DNA of 64,000 bases from Elusimicrobiota bacterium. GTDB lineage: Bacteria > Elusimicrobiota > Elusimicrobia > Elusimicrobiales > UBA9959. Below the pieces are notes generated by a model. It was not told the origin of the DNA. It saw only the letters and a program-made list of their open reading frames with translations, and did no database searches. The stretch is from NCBI GenBank assembly GCA_026388155.1, contig JAPLKI010000025.1:220931-284930 (forward strand). Reading direction: 5' to 3'. Below are positions 19,660 to 29,783 of the stretch, in pieces; position 1 is the stretch's first letter; each line of letters opens with the position of its first letter. The translations under genes were made by a program, and so were the position numbers.

Positions 19660-21834
19660 TTAATCATGGAACTTGGAAGTAAGATTAAACGTTCCATCCC
19701 ATTCACTTGGAACAGCGGAAGAATATTTCTCGGCCAAATCCAGATAAAATCGCGAGGGTCCGTCCTGCGGAGCGGCGGCGAGCGCCGCTTCAAAGGCCTT
19801 GCGGGCTTTGTCATAATCGCCCTTATAGAACGCCTCAAGGCCATCGTTATAGGCCTCAAGCAGTTTCTTGAGTTCAGCCGACAATTTGCCCTTATGCGCC
19901 AGCGGCTCATAGACTTTAACGGGTATAGCTTTGCCGACCACCCGTATCTGCCCAAGGCGTCTGGCTTCAAGGAAATCCTTCGCCTCTTCGTAAGTGTATT
20001 CGCTCACCATTATCTTTGAGTGGAAGTATTTATTGGCGCCTTCAAGCCGGGAGGCCAGGTTCACCGAATCTCCCATTACGGTGTATGAAAGCCGGGTCTT
20101 TGACCCCATGTTGCCCACGACCATGGGGCCGGAGTTAAGGCCTATGCGCGCCGAGGGTTTAATGGTGAACTCCGTAAGTTCCGTGTTCAGGCGGGCTATT
20201 TCTCCCATGCAGTCGACCGCCGCCATGCAGGCCAGTTTGCGGTGGTCTTTCTGGTCAAGCGGGGCGTTCCAGAAAGCCATTATGCAGTCGCCTATGTATT
20301 TATCCACCACGCCGTCGTATTTAAGAATCACGTCCGTCAGGCCCGAAAGGTAACTGCCCAGCATCTTTGTGAGCTGCTCAGGCGTCATTTTCTCGGACAT
20401 AGTGGTAAAGCCCGCTATGTCCAGAAAGAAGGCGGTCATGTCGCGCTTCTCGCCGCCAAGAGACAGCTTGGACGGGTCTTTGGTGATGACCTCGACAATT
20501 TTGGGCGAAAGGTACTGGCCGAAAGTGTTTTTTATCCACTTTTTCTCGCGGCCTTCCGCCAGAGCCTTATCCACGGTGATGTAGACAAAAGGCAGGAAAA
20601 GCGAGAGGGCCACCGTCATTAACGGGAAAACCCAAAGTTTTATAAGCAGCAGGTAATCTATGATAAAGAGCAGTCCCAATGAACAAAGAGACACCGCAAC
20701 AATGGTCTTTATGGAGAATTTCCGCAAAGAAACCGGAAGCCATGGCAGCGCGAGGATGAGCAGCAGCGCATACCCGCCGTATACGGGCGCCATCATATCG
20801 GAGCGCATCAGATTGTCTATAGTGGTGGCATGGACTTCCACTCCCGGGAAAAGTTTCTGAAAGGGAGCGGGAAAATGGTCGTAAGTTCCAAGCGCCGTAG
20901 AACCGATAAGGACAATACTGTCTTTAAGCACCGCTTTTTCTTCCTTGCTGAGCCGTCCCTCAATGATGTCCGCGATGGAAATATGTCTGTAACTGGCGCA
21001 GTAAAAATCTTTTTCATCGGTAGACCAGCCGGGGTGCGACTTCAGGCATACAGGTTCCCTGTAGTTCACGAATATGGGCGACTTGCCGTAGCGCTTTTGC
21101 AATTCAGCGAGCGTCTTGCCTGAATAAATAGAGTATGCGCCCATGCCAAGCGACACTATACGCACATCCGCGCACTCCTTCCCGCATTTCAGGCGTGAAT
21201 TTATTTGCGAGTATGTTACATTTTTAACATTTTCGTCAAGCGTATCGGAATCGGTGCCTGGATAAAAAAGCCAGAATTTTCTTATATGGCCGTCGAGATC
21301 CATGCTTATGTCGGAATTCGGATATGCGAGCAGCCGGCTGTTCTCCATTACTCCCTTAAGGGGAAGCTTCAATTTCTTTGTAACGCTGTCTATCGCCAGC
21401 AGATTGACCACATTCCCCGCCCTCCCGACGGCTGAAAACATCAAATTATCGCTTTCCTTGTTGTCAGGCTCAAAGAACATCACATCAACGCCTATGGCTT
21501 TGACGCCCAGCAGATTCATTTTTTTTATAATTTCGCCGTAATACTTCCGTTTAAACGGAAAACCGTACTTGCCTATGGTATAATCGTCAATCGTGGCTAT
21601 AATAACCTTGTCATAAGACGGCTTATTCACATACTTTCCGAAAAGGAAACTATAATTCAGATTGTCGGTAAAAACCAGGGACAAATAACCCGGTAAATTA
21701 AGCCTAAAATCGCCCCATTTGTTTTCAAGGCTCTCAAACATGTTCAGTGCGTGCGTCAAAGCGAATATCAGTGAAAAAACGGCTATTGCCGCGTACACGA
21801 CTTTACTTTGTTTTTTAGCGCCTTCTGTTTTCAT
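19660..21834 (-). CDS. CHASE2-domain class III adenylate cyclase
   Basis: DVMFFEPD, LIGSTA, PGVEVHA (CHASE2); 3 TM helices; DIAGFT, DKYIGD, YTVMGDSVNLASRLEG (Lys/Thr, ATP-type). Confidence 0.9.
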   Translation of the reverse strand: MKTEGAKKQSKVVYAAIAVFSLIFALTHALNMFESLENKWGDFRLNLPGYLSLVFTDNLNYSFLFGKYVNKPSYDKVIIATIDDYTIGKYGFPFKRKYYGEIIKKMNLLGVKAIGVDVMFFEPDNKESDNLMFSAVGRAGNVVNLLAIDSVTKKLKLPLKGVMENSRLLAYPNSDISMDLDGHIRKFWLFYPGTDSDTLDENVKNVTYSQINSRLKCGKECADVRIVSLGMGAYSIYSGKTLAELQKRYGKSPIFVNYREPVCLKSHPGWSTDEKDFYCASYRHISIADIIEGRLSKEEKAVLKDSIVLIGSTALGTYDHFPAPFQKLFPGVEVHATTIDNLMRSDMMAPVYGGYALLLILALPWLPVSLRKFSIKTIVAVSLCSLGLLFIIDYLLLIKLWVFPLMTVALSLFLPFVYITVDKALAEGREKKWIKNTFGQYLSPKIVEVITKDPSKLSLGGEKRDMTAFFLDIAGFTTMSEKMTPEQLTKMLGSYLSGLTDVILKYDGVVDKYIGDCIMAFWNAPLDQKDHRKLACMAAVDCMGEIARLNTELTEFTIKPSARIGLNSGPMVVGNMGSKTRLSYTVMGDSVNLASRLEGANKYFHSKIMVSEYTYEEAKDFLEARRLGQIRVVGKAIPVKVYEPLAHKGKLSAELKKLLEAYNDGLEAFYKGDYDKARKAFEAALAAAPQDGPSRFYLDLAEKYSSAVPSEWDGTFNLTSKFHD

Positions 21835-21880
21835 TTAAACCGCCCTTTGCAGCCGCTGTTTTACGATTAATTGTTCTATA

Positions 21881-23938
21881 TTATCCGGCGGAGCCGTTGT
21901 CCGCGTTCCGCACGGGCAGCGAAACCTTAAAAACAACACCGCCTGAAATTTTCGACTCGGCCCGGATAGTGCCGCCGTGCAGTTCCACTATCTTCCTCGC
22001 TATGGCAAGCCCCAGGCCGAAGCCGGACTCGCCGTCTCCCGGTTTTAACTGCTTGTATTTTTCAAAAATATTCTCAAGCTGAGCGTCCGGTATGCCGGGG
22101 CCGTCGTCGGCCACCTCAAAACGCAGGGAACGGCCTTCCGCCGTGACCAAAGCGCTTACTTTTCCCCCCGCCGGCGTGAACTTCCAGGCGTTGGAAAGAA
22201 GGTTCTCTATTACCCTGCGCATAAGCGAGCTGTCAGCCGAAAATTCCGTATTTTTAGCGCCGGAAACGTCAATCTCAAAACTGATGTTTTTTTCCTCAAA
22301 AAGCGCCTTAAAACCCTCGGCCGCCGAAACCAGGAAGTCAGCCGCGTTTATTTTCCGCAGGTCCGGTTTAAGCTGGCCCGCTTCCATGCGCGAGATGTCC
22401 AGTATATTTTCAAGCAATTTAAAAAGCCGGTCGCTTGAATCCCGCACACTTTTAACATAGCCGGCCTGTTTGGCGTCAGGCGCGAATTCCCGTTCCAGAA
22501 GCTTTATGTAGCCCTGCATGGTAAGCAGCGGGGCCCGCAAATCGTGCGCCACGGCGTGAAAAAAGTCCTCTTTAACCCGCTGTATTTCACGTTCCAGCGT
22601 AACATCCCGCAAAATCATAAACACGGCCGGCTTCTGTGTTTTGGTTGAAAGCGTCTGCAGGCTGATCCGGTAGTATTTTTTTGCGCCCGAGGAGTCCAGT
22701 TCCACAAACCCGTCGCGCGAGGAAGATTTAGCCTGCACAAGCCCGGCTATTTTCCAGCGCAGCGCTTCCCCTTTAAGGCCGTTTTCTCCTTCTACGCCAA
22801 GCAGCGTGTTGGCCGAGGCATTGGCGTAAAGCAGATCACCCTTTAAATCGCAAAGGATAATGGCGTCATGGATAAGGCTGATAAGCAGTTCAAGCTTGCT
22901 TTTTTCATCGAAAATCTTTTCAAGCTGAAGGCCGTGGTAGCGGTCCGATTCCCTCATCATGGAGTTGAACGCCTGAAGCAGGGCGTCCAGTTCGGAAATG
23001 CCGGAAAATTTATCCACCGGCGTTTTAAAATCCTGGCGCGCCACCCGCGCGGCGCCCGCGGCCAGCGCCTCCACCGGGCCCGCAAGGCGCCTGCTGAAAG
23101 CGAGAGCTGAAAAATAAAAAGCCGTGATTATGGCAAGCAGGAAAAACGCCATCAGCCAGGTTATGCGGCTGATGCCCGAGAACGCCTCAGCCCGGTCCTG
23201 GAGGGTTACGGCGTAAAGGTCAAAGCCGTGCGCCTTTTCTATAGCGCCGATGTAGCGCGCGCGGGTGCCGTCGAGAAAAAATGTTTTTTCCTTTTTACTC
23301 TCAAGAACCCCCTTAAGCCTTTCGCGGCTCAAGTCGTCAAAACGGCGCCAGACGGAAACAAAATTTCCGTCTCCGTCGGCCACTAGCACGCCGCCCGATG
23401 CCCCCAGACGCTGAGCCTCCAGTTTTTCAAAAAGGTCCCTCATGTTGACCAGCGCAAAAGCGTAGTAGCCGCCGCCAAGCGGATAGACCAGCCGGCACAC
23501 CGGCATGTTAAAGAGCAGTTCAAAACGCCCCGCCTGATATACGCCCGTGGCCGCCGCTTTTTTAAAAAGCGGTTCGTTCCCGAGGTCGACATAGCCGAAA
23601 AGCCTTTTCAATTCAGGGGCCCCGCCGCTTAATATCTCCCGCCCGTCGGCTCCGGTAAAAGCGAGAAAAATAAATTCAGGGTTGTGCCGGAGCGACTTTT
23701 GAAGGTTCTCCCTGGTTACATACGAAGCATCGGGCCCCCACATGTTTTCAAGCCGGCCCGCCAGTTCGCCGGTTTTCTGGGTTATTAGCAGCGCCGCCAT
23801 CTGCGACACATTTTCGTGCAGAGTCAGGATATTTTTTTTGGCGGCCGACTGGTAATAATAAAGGAAAATTCCGGTGGGTATTATGGGGATGAGGCCCGCG
23901 CCAAGAACTATAAGCAAAAGTTTATTCAGCAGTTTCAC
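21881..23938 (-). CDS. Membrane sensor histidine kinase (sensor-HAMP-PAS-HisKA-HATPase)
   Basis: VAHDLRAPL, NLLSNAWKF, DDGPGI, GFGLGLAI. Confidence 0.92.
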   Translation of the reverse strand: MKLLNKLLLIVLGAGLIPIIPTGIFLYYYQSAAKKNILTLHENVSQMAALLITQKTGELAGRLENMWGPDASYVTRENLQKSLRHNPEFIFLAFTGADGREILSGGAPELKRLFGYVDLGNEPLFKKAAATGVYQAGRFELLFNMPVCRLVYPLGGGYYAFALVNMRDLFEKLEAQRLGASGGVLVADGDGNFVSVWRRFDDLSRERLKGVLESKKEKTFFLDGTRARYIGAIEKAHGFDLYAVTLQDRAEAFSGISRITWLMAFFLLAIITAFYFSALAFSRRLAGPVEALAAGAARVARQDFKTPVDKFSGISELDALLQAFNSMMRESDRYHGLQLEKIFDEKSKLELLISLIHDAIILCDLKGDLLYANASANTLLGVEGENGLKGEALRWKIAGLVQAKSSSRDGFVELDSSGAKKYYRISLQTLSTKTQKPAVFMILRDVTLEREIQRVKEDFFHAVAHDLRAPLLTMQGYIKLLEREFAPDAKQAGYVKSVRDSSDRLFKLLENILDISRMEAGQLKPDLRKINAADFLVSAAEGFKALFEEKNISFEIDVSGAKNTEFSADSSLMRRVIENLLSNAWKFTPAGGKVSALVTAEGRSLRFEVADDGPGIPDAQLENIFEKYKQLKPGDGESGFGLGLAIARKIVELHGGTIRAESKISGGVVFKVSLPVRNADNGSAG

Positions 23939-24084
23939 GTTTAGACCTTGTCACACACTGCCTTAGGCTTTAAGCCATAAGAGCGCAGCCCGCCATAAGC
24001 CATATGCTAGAGGCCATAAGCTCTATTAAGGGAACTCCTAAAAAGCGTATGGCATACGGCTTAAAACTTACGGCACCTTTCTCC

Positions 24085-25299
24085 CTAAGGCTTACAGCCT
24101 ATGGCTTTTCCCTTAAGCGCCTCGATCAGTTTGGGCAGTATTTCGTGCGCGTCGCCCACTATTCCGTATGTGGCCACATTAAAGATGGAAGCGGTTGAAT
24201 CTTTATTGACGGCGATGACAATATCCGACGCCCGCATACCGACTATATGCTGGACGGCGCCGGAAATGCCGAAAGCGAGGTAAAGCCTGGGAGAAACCGT
24301 AGTTCCACTTTGCCCCACCTGGCGGGCCTTTTCTTTGAAACCCAGATCTACGGCCGCCCTTGAAGCCCCCACCATGCCCCCAAGCAGGCTCGCCAGTTCT
24401 TCCAGCGTTTTGAATTTTTCCCTGGTTTTCATACCGCGTCCGCCGGAAACGATGATTTTGGCGTCGCTTATTTTAAGGGTTCCGCATTCGCGCGTGATTT
24501 TTCTTTCCAGCACTTTAACGCGGCGCAGGCTCTTGTCAATTTTGATATCCGCCCTGATCAGCACCGCCGTTTTCCCGTAAACTGGCTCCGAGAGTTTCAT
24601 GACGTTGGGGCGCACGGTGGCCATCTGCGGCCTGGAATTGGGACTTAAAATGTCAGCCATGATATTACCGCCGAAGGCGGGGCGTGACTGCAGCAGCAGG
24701 CCGTCTTTTATAGCGAGCCCCGTGCAATCCGCCGTCAAACCGACATAAAGCGCGGCAGCCACGCGCGGGGCCAGGTCCCGGCCCTGGATAGTGGCCGGAT
24801 AAAGCATGACCGCCGGTTTATGCGTGTTGACAAGCGCCGTGATGACGGTGGAAAAAATGTCGGTATTATATTCAAAAAGCTCGGGGTTTTCCGTCAGGTA
24901 CATTTTATCGGCGCCAAACGCGCCCAGTTCTTTTTCATAGGCGCGGTTCTTGTCGGTCAACACCACCGCGCAGAGTTCCTGGCCGAGGTCGTCCGCCAAT
25001 TTCCGCCCGGCCGACAACAACTCAAAAGTGACCCGCTTTATTTTTTGCGCGGAAGTCTTATCTTCGGGCTCCGACATTTCCACAAAAACCCACACGCCTT
25101 TATAGCCTGAAAGGTCCCTTGTGGACGCTTCCTCTCTGGCTATGGTTATGGCTTCCACCGGGCAGACCTGCACGCAGACGCCGCACAAAGTGCAGGCCTC
25201 GTTTATAACGGCCTTCTTGGCCATCATCTGTATCGCCGCGAAAGGGCAGACCGGCACGCATTTAGTGCAACCTATGCATTTTTGTGAAACATTGATCAT
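24085..25299 (-). CDS. etfA: Electron transfer flavoprotein alpha subunit with N-terminal 2x[4Fe-4S] ferredoxin domain
   Basis: CIGCTKCVPVCP and CTLCGVCVQVCP, then GLTADCT, SRPAFGGN, QVGQSG, GISGAVQH. Confidence 0.92.
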   Translation of the reverse strand: MINVSQKCIGCTKCVPVCPFAAIQMMAKKAVINEACTLCGVCVQVCPVEAITIAREEASTRDLSGYKGVWVFVEMSEPEDKTSAQKIKRVTFELLSAGRKLADDLGQELCAVVLTDKNRAYEKELGAFGADKMYLTENPELFEYNTDIFSTVITALVNTHKPAVMLYPATIQGRDLAPRVAAALYVGLTADCTGLAIKDGLLLQSRPAFGGNIMADILSPNSRPQMATVRPNVMKLSEPVYGKTAVLIRADIKIDKSLRRVKVLERKITRECGTLKISDAKIIVSGGRGMKTREKFKTLEELASLLGGMVGASRAAVDLGFKEKARQVGQSGTTVSPRLYLAFGISGAVQHIVGMRASDIVIAVNKDSTASIFNVATYGIVGDAHEILPKLIEALKGKAIGCKP

Positions 25300-25394
25300 A
25301 AATTCTTCGCAACTACTCAGGTTATCAGGTTCACGGTTCAGGGTTCACGGTTATCTTTTCCTTAATCTTCATGCTTTTTCAAGGCTATGCCAGT

Positions 25395-25425
25395 GCCGTA
25401 TCAGAGGCCATGCCTATCAGACGGC
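25395..25425. repeat. 31-bp REP-like hairpin, family C copy 2
   Basis: GCCGTATCAGAGGCCATGCCTATCAGACGGC. Confidence 0.75.
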
Positions 25426-25439
25426 CAACCGTTGAACCG

Positions 25440-25479
25440 TTTCCGCCGGAGGCGGATCCGCCGGGTTGTTTGGCGGAAA
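25440..25479. repeat. CCGCC/GGCGG palindrome, family D (intergenic)
   Basis: TTTCCGCCGGAGGCGGATCCGCC...TGGCGGAAA. Confidence 0.65.
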
Positions 25480-25516
25480 ACCGCTGAACCGTGAACCTGA
25501 GTAGCTACAATTCTCC

Positions 25517-26308
25517 TTATTCAGAAATAAAGCGCTTTTCTTTCATTATCTCAAGCAGTTTTTCCACCGCCTGATGAGCGGAACCATGCGTCATCTGCGC
25601 CTTGCCTTTCAGCGGCGGCGGATAAATTTTGTTTACCTGCGTGGGCGAGCCTTTAAGGCCAAGGTAGCGCTCTTCGGCCCCGATATCCTCGGCCGACCAG
25701 ACCTGGTAAGGTTTAGCCTGCGCCGCGTGGATCTCCCGGAAGGAGGGATATTTGGGCGCGTAGTCATTAGGCATTATCATGGTAAAAAGCGCGGGAGGCT
25801 TTACTTCAACCATTTCATAACCGCTGTCAATGAGCTTTTTTACGATAAACTTTTTCCCATCCAGGTCAATATGTTCGCAAAAAGTCACCTGCGCTATTCC
25901 GAGCTGCTGCGCCACGCCCGGCCCCACCTGCGCGGTGTCGCCGTCTATGGCCTGCATGCCGCATAAAATAAGGTCAAGCTTGCCCGCTTTTTTGGCCGCG
26001 CGGGACAACGCGTAAGAAGTGGCCCAGGTATCGGAACCGGCAAACGCCCTGTCGGAAAGCAATATCCCCTCGTCGGCGCCAAGAGCAAGAGCCAGCTGCA
26101 CCACGCTTTTTGCCTGCGGCGGCCCCATTGAAATAACCGTGACCCTGAAATTGTGCTTTTTTTTAAGCTCAAGCGCGCTTTGCAGCGCGAAATGGTCGTA
26201 GGGATTTATTATGCTGGGTACGCCGGCCCTTATAAGAGTGCCGGTTTCAGGATTTATTTTTACTTCGGTGGTATCAGGCACCTGCTTGATAAAAACGGCG
26301 ATGTGCAT
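25517..26308 (-). CDS. etfB: Electron transfer flavoprotein beta subunit
   Basis: KQVPDT, INPYD, DRAFAGSDTWATS, AIDGDTAQVGP, GLKGSPT. Confidence 0.95.
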   Translation of the reverse strand: MHIAVFIKQVPDTTEVKINPETGTLIRAGVPSIINPYDHFALQSALELKKKHNFRVTVISMGPPQAKSVVQLALALGADEGILLSDRAFAGSDTWATSYALSRAAKKAGKLDLILCGMQAIDGDTAQVGPGVAQQLGIAQVTFCEHIDLDGKKFIVKKLIDSGYEMVEVKPPALFTMIMPNDYAPKYPSFREIHAAQAKPYQVWSAEDIGAEERYLGLKGSPTQVNKIYPPPLKGKAQMTHGSAHQAVEKLLEIMKEKRFISE

Positions 26309-26334
26309 GTTGATCTCCTTGATAAATCTAATTC

Positions 26335-26478
26335 GTTAGCGAATAGGGGTTAGCGAATAGCGAATAGGGAAGGAGTTCCTTATTGCCGTCTCAATCTGCA
26401 GCGTGCATTTGCTATTCGCTATTCTCTGTTCGCTATTCGCTGCTGTTGTGCTATTCGCTTCTTCACTATTCGCTGCTC
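26335..26478. repeat. Heptamer repeat palindrome (GCGAATA)n/(CTATTCG)n with family B core at 26367-26376
   Basis: Direct inspection. Confidence 0.75.
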
Positions 26479-28113
26479 TTAGCGCGCCTTGAACGTCTGC
26501 TTCAGTTTCGCGGCTACAAGGTCCATGTCCGCCGTAAGGCCTTTTTGAACGGCGGCGGCGCCCGCGAAGTCAACCGATAGATTAGAAACGCCCTCTACGG
26601 AACCTAAAACCAGCGCCGCGCCCTCCGTAGTGATCGTAAGCGCGGCCTCTCTCGCAAAAATACGGGCCATGGCCTGCCAGCCCTGAACGTCAAAGCGCAC
26701 AGACTCGGTGTATTGCTCTTTGGCGGCCGCGCCGGAAAAGACATACGCCGACTCGGCCATAGCTATAAGCCTGCCCAGCTTGAAGGTTACATGCTGGTGG
26801 CGGGTTAGCTTGTGCAGGCGGCACTCTTCAAGCAAAGCCGCAAGCGAGCGCAGCGAAAGTGCGCAGGCGTCCGCTCCCACACTGGCATTATCCGCGTGTA
26901 AAGCGTCCATTTTATCGGCCAGATCCAGATAATACCGGCCCCGGGTTTTCAGATGTTCCTGCCAGCGGCCCCGGTAAATGGTCATTTCCAGCACTTCGCT
27001 GGTGCCTTCATAGATACAGGTTATTTTAACATCCCGCTTTATCTTTTCAACCGGGAAATCGCGGGTGTAGCCGTACCCCCCGAGGGCCTGTATGGCGTCT
27101 TCGGCCGCCTTATTTCCTGACTCTGTGGCGAAATATTTGGCGACCGCGCCCTCGGTCTGCAGGCCATGTTCGCCTGAGTCAAGGCGGTTCGCCGTTTCCT
27201 CTATGTAGGCGCGGGCGGCCTCAAGCCTTACGATGTTCGGCACCAGGAATTTGTGGGTATAGCCCTGCTTATCTGAAAGCGGGCCGCCGGCCTGTATCCT
27301 CTGCTGACTGTAACGCGCGGCTATTTCAATGGCTTCCAGGCCCGCCCCAAGGCCGAAAGCCGCCACCATAAGCCGGGTGTAGCCGAAAACAGCCTGCGCC
27401 TGTAAAAGACCTTTGCCTTCTTCAAGGCCTATAAGATTTTCAATCGGGACATAAACATTGTCAAGTGAAAGCCCCGCTGTATTTGAAAGCCGTATACCGT
27501 GCTTGTCTTCATGTTTGTTGGGTGAAAAACCTTCCATGTTCCGCTCAACTATAAACCAGCACGGGCCGCCCGGCGCAAGAGCAAGCACGGTGTAGAGATC
27601 GGCCACCCCTCCGTTCGAGATCCATTGCTTGGCACCGGTCAGATGGTATCCGGCGAGCTTGCCGTTTTTCACCACATGCTCGGCCCTTGTTTTTAAGTTA
27701 ACCAGGTCGGAGCCGGCGTCCGGCTCGGTGGCGGCGTACGCCACAAGCAGCCTTTCCTCCGCTATTTTTTTAAGCCATTTTTCTTTCTGCTCCTCGGTTC
27801 CGCCCACATTAAGCGGGTCGGTGCCCAGAAAAGTGGCGAACACCGAGGTGGCAATGCCGAGGTCTATGTGCGCCAGCGCCTCGCAAAAGCGATAAATGTC
27901 GTAAGTGCCGCCGGAAACCCCTCCGTACTTGACGGGGATCATCAGCAAATGCACGCCCAAGATCGCGGGGTCGGTCATCTCTTTTAAGATTTCGGCCGGG
28001 AACTCGTTATCGGCGTCATGTTGGCGTATGAAGTCATAGGGCAGACGCCTTTTAGCGTAATCACGCAGACTGTCCAGCATCAGGTTCCTTGAAATAGTGT
28101 CCATGCTAGGCAT
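26479..28113 (-). CDS. Acyl-CoA dehydrogenase family protein with C-terminal extension
   Basis: ATEPDAGSD, GAKQWISNG, QALGGYGY, IYEGTSEV. Confidence 0.9.
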   Translation of the reverse strand: MPSMDTISRNLMLDSLRDYAKRRLPYDFIRQHDADNEFPAEILKEMTDPAILGVHLLMIPVKYGGVSGGTYDIYRFCEALAHIDLGIATSVFATFLGTDPLNVGGTEEQKEKWLKKIAEERLLVAYAATEPDAGSDLVNLKTRAEHVVKNGKLAGYHLTGAKQWISNGGVADLYTVLALAPGGPCWFIVERNMEGFSPNKHEDKHGIRLSNTAGLSLDNVYVPIENLIGLEEGKGLLQAQAVFGYTRLMVAAFGLGAGLEAIEIAARYSQQRIQAGGPLSDKQGYTHKFLVPNIVRLEAARAYIEETANRLDSGEHGLQTEGAVAKYFATESGNKAAEDAIQALGGYGYTRDFPVEKIKRDVKITCIYEGTSEVLEMTIYRGRWQEHLKTRGRYYLDLADKMDALHADNASVGADACALSLRSLAALLEECRLHKLTRHQHVTFKLGRLIAMAESAYVFSGAAAKEQYTESVRFDVQGWQAMARIFAREAALTITTEGAALVLGSVEGVSNLSVDFAGAAAVQKGLTADMDLVAAKLKQTFKAR

Positions 28114-28267
28114 TTAAATCTCCTTGCAAAATCCAATCGTCAGGGTATAGGGGTTAGCGAATAACGAAAAAGTAAATAGTAAGAAAGCAAATAGCAAATA
28201 GTAACAGCCAGAGAGGTTTATTTTCATTGTCAAAGCAGTCTCATTTTTCCCACTATTTGCTATCTTA

Positions 28268-29767
28268 CTATTTGCTATTTGCTTCTTCTCTATTCGCTGC
28301 CGTTATATAACCTTTAACTTCTCTCACCAGTTTTTCGCCGTAAGATTTGTCTTCCAAACCTTCAGTGTTTATAAAAACGTTTTCGGCGACACAGCGGATA
28401 GCCGCCTCAAGCAGGTAGCGGGCGCTTCTGTAGTCCGATACCACCTGCGGCGACACAGCGCCTGAACAAACTTCAAGCCCCGCCAGGGCCTCCGAGGCCA
28501 GGCGCGCCGTCTTAAGCGGAACCTCGGCCGCGTACTTAAGAGCGGCCTGCATTTTGGCTTTGCGCGCCGGATCGTCCTTTGGCAGTTTCATGGCGGCCAT
28601 GAAAACGTCAAAAGAAGCCGAATCCTCGCTTACGCAATTCTGCAGGGCTGCCTTATATTCGCCAAGCTTCTCCCGCAAGGCGTTCAGGGCGGGTTTCTTG
28701 GCCTCATCCAGCTTTTTCCCGCGCAAAGTTATACCCAGCGCCATCTGGCCGAGAGCGCAGCCCATGGCCCCGCTGACCGCGCCGGCTGACCCCCCGCCCG
28801 GAGTGGGGTCGGTATTCGCCAGCGCATCCACAAAAAGACCGGCGCCCGACTGCCAGGAGCTTAGAAGTTTTAAAAGCTTGGTTTCCAGCACCTGGGTATC
28901 CTTGCTGAAATCTTTGACATTAAGGGTCTCAACGGCATAGTCGGTAATGGCTTCCTGCGTGGTAAGGCCTATAAGTTCTGTGCCGGTAACCGCTATATTT
29001 TTCGGGGCCAGATCCTTGGCCATTTCATCCATTACGCGCTTTATGGAAGTGGTCCGGTAATCCGTAAGCACGGTTGAAATTTGCACCTGTCCCTTGGATT
29101 CCAGAAAAATCTCCTTGGCGCGGAGCGCCGGCAGGCCGCCGCCGGAAGTGCGGATCTTTTTTGCCAGAACTTTGGCAAAATCCATATCGGTAGTGGCGAG
29201 GTTTACATTGAAATTGACTATCTGGTTTCGGGCGCCCACGGCCATTGCGCCGGCGGTGGGATGTATTTTATCAGGTCCGAAATCCGGCACGCGGTCCGGA
29301 TTTTTACCTATTTCTTCGCGCAGGCCCTCAAATTGCCCCTTGCGCACCTTGGCCAGATCCCTCCGGTTTTCATTGCGGGCGGCCCTGTCATAGAGATACA
29401 CCGGTATGTTCAATTCCCTGCCTATGCGCTCACCAGCGATTTCAGCCAGCTTTACGCATTCCTCCAATGTGGAGTCCATGATGGGAATGAACGGCGCCAC
29501 GTCAGTGGCCCCCATTCGGGGGTGTTCGCCTTTGTGATGGTTCAGATCTATCAGGCCCGCGGCCTTTTTAGTAACGGCAAACATAGCATCGGCGGCGGTT
29601 TCAAGAGGGGCTATAAAAGTGAGCACCGTGCGGTTGTGGTCGGCGTCTTTTTCCACGTCCAGCACAAGCACGCCCGGCACGGACCTGGCGGCATCCACGA
29701 TCTGGTTTATCTTCTCAATGTCCCTGCCCTCGCTGAAATTAGGCACACACTCGACGAATTTACCCAT
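28268..29767 (-). CDS. ftcd: Fused glutamate formiminotransferase / formiminotetrahydrofolate cyclodeaminase
   Basis: VECVPNFSEGRD, DHNRTV, HPRMGATDV; C-terminal PTPGGGSAGA cyclodeaminase motif; SD GGAGG. Confidence 0.92.
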   Translation of the reverse strand: MGKFVECVPNFSEGRDIEKINQIVDAARSVPGVLVLDVEKDADHNRTVLTFIAPLETAADAMFAVTKKAAGLIDLNHHKGEHPRMGATDVAPFIPIMDSTLEECVKLAEIAGERIGRELNIPVYLYDRAARNENRRDLAKVRKGQFEGLREEIGKNPDRVPDFGPDKIHPTAGAMAVGARNQIVNFNVNLATTDMDFAKVLAKKIRTSGGGLPALRAKEIFLESKGQVQISTVLTDYRTTSIKRVMDEMAKDLAPKNIAVTGTELIGLTTQEAITDYAVETLNVKDFSKDTQVLETKLLKLLSSWQSGAGLFVDALANTDPTPGGGSAGAVSGAMGCALGQMALGITLRGKKLDEAKKPALNALREKLGEYKAALQNCVSEDSASFDVFMAAMKLPKDDPARKAKMQAALKYAAEVPLKTARLASEALAGLEVCSGAVSPQVVSDYRSARYLLEAAIRCVAENVFINTEGLEDKSYGEKLVREVKGYITAANREEANSK

Positions 29768-29783
29768 ACTGCCTCCAATATCT

